Positions 59,200 through 64,000 of a DNA stretch of 64,000 nucleotides are shown in pieces; within the stretch, counting starts at the first letter, position 1; each line of letters starts with the position of its first letter. The notes under the pieces were generated by a model. It was not told the DNA's origin, ran no database searches, and saw only the letters and a list, made by a program, of their open reading frames with translations. The DNA comes from Myxococcota bacterium. Its GTDB lineage: Bacteria > Myxococcota_A > UBA796 > CAJQPC01. The translations under genes and the position numbers were made by a program. Where the stretch lies: contig JAZAMN010000050.1 in assembly GCA_036229005.1 (NCBI GenBank), forward strand, positions 32,001 through 96,000, given 5' to 3'.

Positions 59200-59837
59200 G
59201 TCGGGAGCTGCAGGGCTCACCGCCTGGCCCGGGACGCACCCTCTTTGTCGGGGACGTCCACGGCTGCAGCGAGGAGCTCTCGGCGCTCATCGAGCTCGCC
59301 CGAGCGGACCGCGTGTTCCTGTGTGGGGATCTCTTCACCAAGGGGCCAGACCCGCTGGGGGTCTGGGCCCTGATCCGCCAGCATGACCTCGCCTGCGTCA
59401 AGGGCAACCACGATGACCACGTGGCCACCAAGCCCACGAAGTTTGGCCACTGGTTGACGCCTGAGATCCAGTCCTTCCTCTCCCGGCTCCCCCTGACCCG
59501 GCGCGTGGGCCGTTGCATCCTGGTTCACGCCGGCATCCACCCCATCAAGGGGCTGGCCGGGACCACCCGCCGCATCGCGCTCTACCAGCGCCGCTTCCCC
59601 GACGACAAGGACCCCGCCAACCCCTTCTGGTACGACGCGGGCTGGCAGGGGCCGGAGTGCGTGGTGTTCGGTCACGACGCCATGCGCGGGCTGGTCCGGC
59701 GCGAGAAGGGCGGCGTCCCCATCGCCATCGGTCTGGACACGGGCTGTGTCTACGGCGGCAAGCTGTCGGGCTGGCTGATGGAGGAGGACCGGGTGCTGCA
59801 GGTGCCGGCGCGGCGGGTGTACAAGCCGGTGGGGTAG
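59196..59837 (+). CDS. Calcineurin-like metallophosphoesterase (ApaH/PrpA-like); probable CTG start
   Basis: [41 protein letters not shown] lies upstream of the first GTG (59313); an in-frame CTG at 59196 follows AGGAG. Confidence 0.8.
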
Positions 59838-60866
59838 TCAGGGGGCGTCCCAACACTTGAGTGTCCTGTCTGGACCGACCTCAGGGAGGCCGGTTCGGAA
59901 CACCGCCAGCGGCCGGGAGAGATCCAGGGTCCATGCAGGTGGGGGCGGAGTCGGAGACTCCAGGACGATGGGCCCCTCGGCCCTTGCGCCCCCTGCCAGT
60001 TGGTGGTTGGGGGCCCCGAGTGCGGCGAGCTGGTCCAGATACTGCACCTGGGTCCCATGGGGGACGTCCGAGGTCGGGGCCACAAAGATGCAGCTTGGCG
60101 TCCTGGGCAGGAGGCTGCGGCTGGCTTCCTCCAGGAACTCCGGGGCTTCGACGGTGGTCCTATCCCCGCCATAGCCGTGACCTTCGTGCAGTGTCGCCGA
60201 CGCACTGGTGAGCTCCAGCCAGGCGGCGCCTCGGCCTGGGAGCGGAGGGATCGGCGGGGTGGGCTTGGGGTCGTCCACCAGGTAGGCGAAGGTGGAGACC
60301 CCCGCAGTGCCGATGCTGTAGATCGCCCGCTGGAGCATGACAGACGGCACGGCCTCGTCCACGACCAGGAGCGCGGTTGCAGGGGGGCGCTCCTCAGCCT
60401 CGGGAGACACCCCCAGCATCTCGCTCCAGCGGGCGTATTGCTGGTGTGTGGCGTCGTGGAGTCGCACCAGCAGCGGGCCCTTGGTCTCATCCTTCGCGAG
60501 GCGGAGCCCCTCATGGAACTCCAACACATCCTCCCCATTCAGCCGCATCCCCCCCACGTGGATCTCCAGCACCAGCGGCTGCACCACGCCCCGCTCCAGC
60601 ATGTCGGCGGGGTGTGAGCTCATCTGACAGACCTGCCAGCTCCGCAGGCACTTGAGGTCCTCCTCCGTCGGCTCGGTCGGGCCGGGCCAGAAGAGCTCCT
60701 CGACGTTCAGGGTGCTCGCGTTCTCCGCCGCAGGCAGTCGCGCCGTGAAGGTCAGCGCCGAGTCCGACTGCGCCGACTGTGTCGTCTCGCTGGGCGGCGT
60801 CTCCTCCGTCGGCTCCAGCGCGGGCGTCCCCCCAAACCACAGGCTCCCCAACATCATCCCCAGCAT
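59838..60866 (-). CDS. Hypothetical exported protein with two ExbD/TolR-like periplasmic segments
   Basis: Hydrophobic N-terminus; LLVVDEAVPSVMLQRAIYSIGTAG and IFVAPTSDVPHGTQVQYLDQLAALG. Confidence 0.5.
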   Translation of the reverse strand: MLGMMLGSLWFGGTPALEPTEETPPSETTQSAQSDSALTFTARLPAAENASTLNVEELFWPGPTEPTEEDLKCLRSWQVCQMSSHPADMLERGVVQPLVLEIHVGGMRLNGEDVLEFHEGLRLAKDETKGPLLVRLHDATHQQYARWSEMLGVSPEAEERPPATALLVVDEAVPSVMLQRAIYSIGTAGVSTFAYLVDDPKPTPPIPPLPGRGAAWLELTSASATLHEGHGYGGDRTTVEAPEFLEEASRSLLPRTPSCIFVAPTSDVPHGTQVQYLDQLAALGAPNHQLAGGARAEGPIVLESPTPPPPAWTLDLSRPLAVFRTGLPEVGPDRTLKCWDAP

Positions 60867-60985
60867 GCGATCTCCCAGCTCACGAGCAGTCTACAGCCCG
60901 CTGCGATCCGGATCATGTGGCTCATCGGAGTCCTCCAAGGCCAGCATGTCGGTCGGGGATGGGGACGGTGCGCGGATCTGAGGGA

Positions 60986-63900
60986 TCAGCTCAGCTCGCG
61001 CAGCAGCTCCAGGGCCACGCGGGCGTAGGGGCGGTTGCCGATGTCCGCGGCGCGGGAGCGCAGGCTGCGGAGGCGCTTGATGGCCTCGTCGTGCTCGCCG
61101 TGGGCCATCAGGTAGCGGGCGTCGAACTCCAGCACGCCCAGGAAGAGCTCCACCCAGGTGCTGGAGAGGGCGCGGGCGCAGCGGTTGCCCCAGTCGTGGA
61201 CCTCGTCCGGGAAGAGCACGCCCTCCAGCAGCAAGCCGTAGAGCTCGAGCTCCTCCAGGCCCTCGGCGCGGGCGATCTGCAGGCCCTGCTGCAGGAGCAC
61301 GGTGGCGGTGGGGCGGCTGCCGTCGTCCAGGTGGATGCGGGCGACCTCCATGCGGCCCAGGGCGCCGGAGTAGCCGCGGGTGGGGAGGGTGGTGGCCTCG
61401 ACGGTGGCGGCCTCGATGTCCCCCTGGGCGCGCAGCCAGCGCAGGTTGGCCAGGCGCCATCCCCAGGAGCTCCGCTGAGCACCCACGCGCTCGGTCGCCT
61501 TGCGGGACATGATGGGGTCACCGGTCTGTACTCCCAGATCGAGCTCCACCGTCGCGGCCAGGGGCTCCAGTCGAGCCAGCTTGAGCTTTCGGGCGACGGC
61601 GAGGCCATCGGTGAGCCAACGCTCGGCGATCGCGGGCTCTCCCCGGCCGATCGCGAGGGCCGCGAGCTGCAGGGAGGTGGTCGCGGCCCCCGCCAGGTCG
61701 GAGTTGCGGACGTAGAGCTCGCGGGCGCTGGCCAGCATGTCCTCGCTGGCGCGCCGCCGTCCCGACCGCATCCAGGCCACCCCGAGGTTCCGGAGGTGCC
61801 AGGCCTCAGCCCCAGCGTGCTCCAGCCGCCTCGCCGCCCGGAGACCGGCTCGGGAGCGCTGCGCCAGTCCAGTCAGCTCGCCCTGGACGAGCAGGGACTC
61901 CACGCAGGCAGCCTCGGCCTCCACCCGGAGCAGGGGGGCGGTGTCGGCGAGCTCCCCGGCGGCCTCGGCGCACCAGCGGGCCTTGTCCCAGGCGCCCACC
62001 TCCATCCAGGCCTGGGCGCAGCAGAGCCAGAGGGCGGCGGCGGCCTCGGGGTGGTCGAGCTGGGCGGCGCGGGCGGTGTCGTGAGCGAGGGAGAGGGCCT
62101 CGTTGGGCAGGCCGTTGCGCAGGTGAAGCTCGGCCTGGAGCAGGGTGCTCAGGTGGAGCTGCTCGGCGTTGATCGCGCGGGCGCGGGCGGCGTCCACGAG
62201 GTCCTGGCGGGGGCGCTCGGCGTCGGTGCGGGCGGCGACCCGGGCCCGGGAGAACGCCAGGTCGAAGCGGAAGCGCCGGTAGGTCTCGGAGTTGCGGTCC
62301 TGCTTGAGGGTGTCCAGGACCAGCAGGAGCTGGCGGGCCTGGGTGTAGCGACCCAGGCGCTGGGCGGCGTCGGCGCCCCGAACGCAGGCCTCCCAGGCTT
62401 TGGGGCTGCCGGCGGCGAGGCGGTGGTGCGCGATCTCGATCCAGCGGTTCCGGGAGCGGCCCTCGGTCTCCCAGGCGTGGGCGAGGTCCCGGTGGGCGGC
62501 GGCGGCGTCCTGCAGGGCGGCGTTGGTGGCGGTCTGGAAGTTGCCCTCGGGGAGGCGGAGCTTGCCCACAAGGGTCTCCACCACAAAGCCCTTGGAGATG
62601 AAGGGGCCGGCGTCGCCCAGCCAGGCCTCCAGGACGTCGCGGGGGAGGGGGCGGCGGGCAACGGCCAGGGGCGCGGCTTGGGGGGGCAGCTCGTAGAAGG
62701 GCTCGGCGCGGAGCTCGGCCAGAGCGCGCAGCGCGGCCTGGGTGGCCTGGAGCGGGGTGGCGGCGCCGGGGGAGACGCCAGGGGCGCCCTCGGGGAGCAG
62801 GCTGGCGCAGAGGGCCTTGGTCTCGCGGGGGGGCAGGGGGGCCATGCGCAGGATCTGGCCCTGCTCCAGCCCCTCGACGTGCTCCAGCATCCGCTCGGCG
62901 CGTGCGCCCATGCGGCGGGGATCGGCCAAGGCGAGCAGGTGGATGCGGGGGTCTCCGCGGCGCAGCAGGCGGCGCAGGAACTTGGAGCTGAGGGGGTCCA
63001 GGTGGTGGGCGTCGTGGAGCACCAGCACCAAGGGGGTGTGGGCGGCGGCGCGGGCGAAGCTGCCCAGGGCGGCCTGGAGGACATCGCGCTCACTGGCCTC
63101 GCCGGCGGGACGATCCGACAACATGTGCAGGGGGAGGTGTGGCCAGAGTTGCAGCAAGGCGCCGCTGCCATCACCGACCAGCTCTTCCCTCCAGGGGGTC
63201 TTGTTGGGGGCGGAGAGGAGCTGGGAGAGCCACATGCCCAGGGGGTGACCGGGGGCCTCCGGCAGGCAGCGTCCGACCAGGGTGCGGGTGCCGCGCAGGA
63301 GGGCTCTGCGGCAGGCCTGCTCCTGGAGGCGGCGCTTGCCACTCCCGGCGTCGCCCAGGAGCACGGAGATGCGGGCGCTCTTGCCCTGCAGGGCGGTCTC
63401 CAGGAGCTGGAGCTCGACGCGGCGGCCGGCGAACACGGGGGGATTGGGCCACTCGGCGGGGCTGGAGCCGTCCAGGCAGCCGCGCAGGAGCTCGGCGAGG
63501 GCCCGGGCGGTGGGGCGCGCGCTGGGGTCGAAGCGCAGGCAGTGGTCGATGACGGTGCTCAGGTCCCGGGGGCAGCGGGGATCGACGCTCGCGGCGGGGG
63601 GGACGCGCTGGAGGACCTGTCGGGCGAGCCAGCCGGCGGCCTGCTTGGGGCGCTCGCGCCTGCCGACGAGCCCCTCGTAGAGCATCAGGCCCAGAGCGAA
63701 GACGTCCGCCGCGCCGGTCACGGGCAGGCCACCGATGGCCTCGGGGCTCATGAAGGAGGGGGTCCCGACGAGCCCGCCGGAGCCGGTGAGCGACTCGGAG
63801 ACGGCCCACCACTGGACCACGCCGAAGTCCAGGATGCGGACCTCGCCGCTGTCGGTGACCATCACGTTGGAGGGCTTGAGGTCGCGGTGGACGAACCCGG

Positions 63901-64000
63901 CCTGGTGCATGGACGCCAGGGCGTCGGCGAGCTGGGTGCCGGCCTCGCAGGCGCGGAGGGTGCGCTCGGCCATGGACGCGGCGCTCTGGATGTAGCGGCG
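60986..64000 (-). CDS. Ser/Thr protein kinase + AAA_16-type ATPase + TPR protein; 5'-truncated by window edge
   Basis: HRDLKPSNV, DFG, GTPSFMSPE; FAGRRVEL, GDAGSGK, LVLVLHDAHHLD; helical C-terminus. The frame is open to base 64000 and the kinase N-lobe is missing. Confidence 0.88.
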   Translation of the reverse strand, partial: RRYIQSAASMAERTLRACEAGTQLADALASMHQAGFVHRDLKPSNVMVTDSGEVRILDFGVVQWWAVSESLTGSGGLVGTPSFMSPEAIGGLPVTGAADVFALGLMLYEGLVGRRERPKQAAGWLARQVLQRVPPAASVDPRCPRDLSTVIDHCLRFDPSARPTARALAELLRGCLDGSSPAEWPNPPVFAGRRVELQLLETALQGKSARISVLLGDAGSGKRRLQEQACRRALLRGTRTLVGRCLPEAPGHPLGMWLSQLLSAPNKTPWREELVGDGSGALLQLWPHLPLHMLSDRPAGEASERDVLQAALGSFARAAAHTPLVLVLHDAHHLDPLSSKFLRRLLRRGDPRIHLLALADPRRMGARAERMLEHVEGLEQGQILRMAPLPPRETKALCASLLPEGAPGVSPGAATPLQATQAALRALAELRAEPFYELPPQAAPLAVARRPLPRDVLEAWLGDAGPFISKGFVVETLVGKLRLPEGNFQTATNAALQDAAAAHRDLAHAWETEGRSRNRWIEIAHHRLAAGSPKAWEACVRGADAAQRLGRYTQARQLLLVLDTLKQDRNSETYRRFRFDLAFSRARVAARTDAERPRQDLVDAARARAINAEQLHLSTLLQAELHLRNGLPNEALSLAHDTARAAQLDHPEAAAALWLCCAQAWMEVGAWDKARWCAEAAGELADTAPLLRVEAEAACVESLLVQGELTGLAQRSRAGLRAARRLEHAGAEAWHLRNLGVAWMRSGRRRASEDMLASARELYVRNSDLAGAATTSLQLAALAIGRGEPAIAERWLTDGLAVARKLKLARLEPLAATVELDLGVQTGDPIMSRKATERVGAQRSSWGWRLANLRWLRAQGDIEAATVEATTLPTRGYSGALGRMEVARIHLDDGSRPTATVLLQQGLQIARAEGLEELELYGLLLEGVLFPDEVHDWGNRCARALSSTWVELFLGVLEFDARYLMAHGEHDEAIKRLRSLRSRAADIGNRPYARVALELLRELS

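Overview
This 64 kb window is GC-rich, gene-dense bacterial chromosome with myxobacterial (Myxococcota-like) hallmarks: a Pfa2/Pfa3-type PUFA synthase ending in an AGPAT domain, a MYXO-CTERM-like amidase, an AgmX/PglI-type lipoprotein, a Ser/Thr kinase-AAA-TPR protein, and Myxococcus-like LexA boxes. I found no rRNA, tRNA, CRISPR array or mobile element. In order it contains: the 3' part of a PUFA synthase cluster (1-11.6 kb); enoyl-CoA hydratase and LysR; a sulfatase-fold lipoprotein divergent from a His-phosphatase/P-loop fusion and a GT2-TPR-sulfotransferase; housekeeping and accessory genes (HU, fpg, rlmN-like, PCD, amidase, a sigma70 with a sigma54 promoter, exbBD, ftsB, a vWA lipoprotein, lexA); a tightly coupled ~16 kb kinase/GT-C/GT-C/DUF4175/peptidase/MoxR/DUF58/vWA/DUF4159/GATase-like operon; a divergent EF-G paralog; carAB; a metallophosphoesterase that appears to need a CTG start; and a kinase truncated by the window edge. 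The best candidate for an undescribed system is the 13.5-18.5 kb module, whose sulfotransferase domain closely resembles animal tyrosylprotein sulfotransferases and is fused to a protein-glycosyltransferase-type GT2-TPR. All family assignments come from motif recognition by eye, not from database searches.
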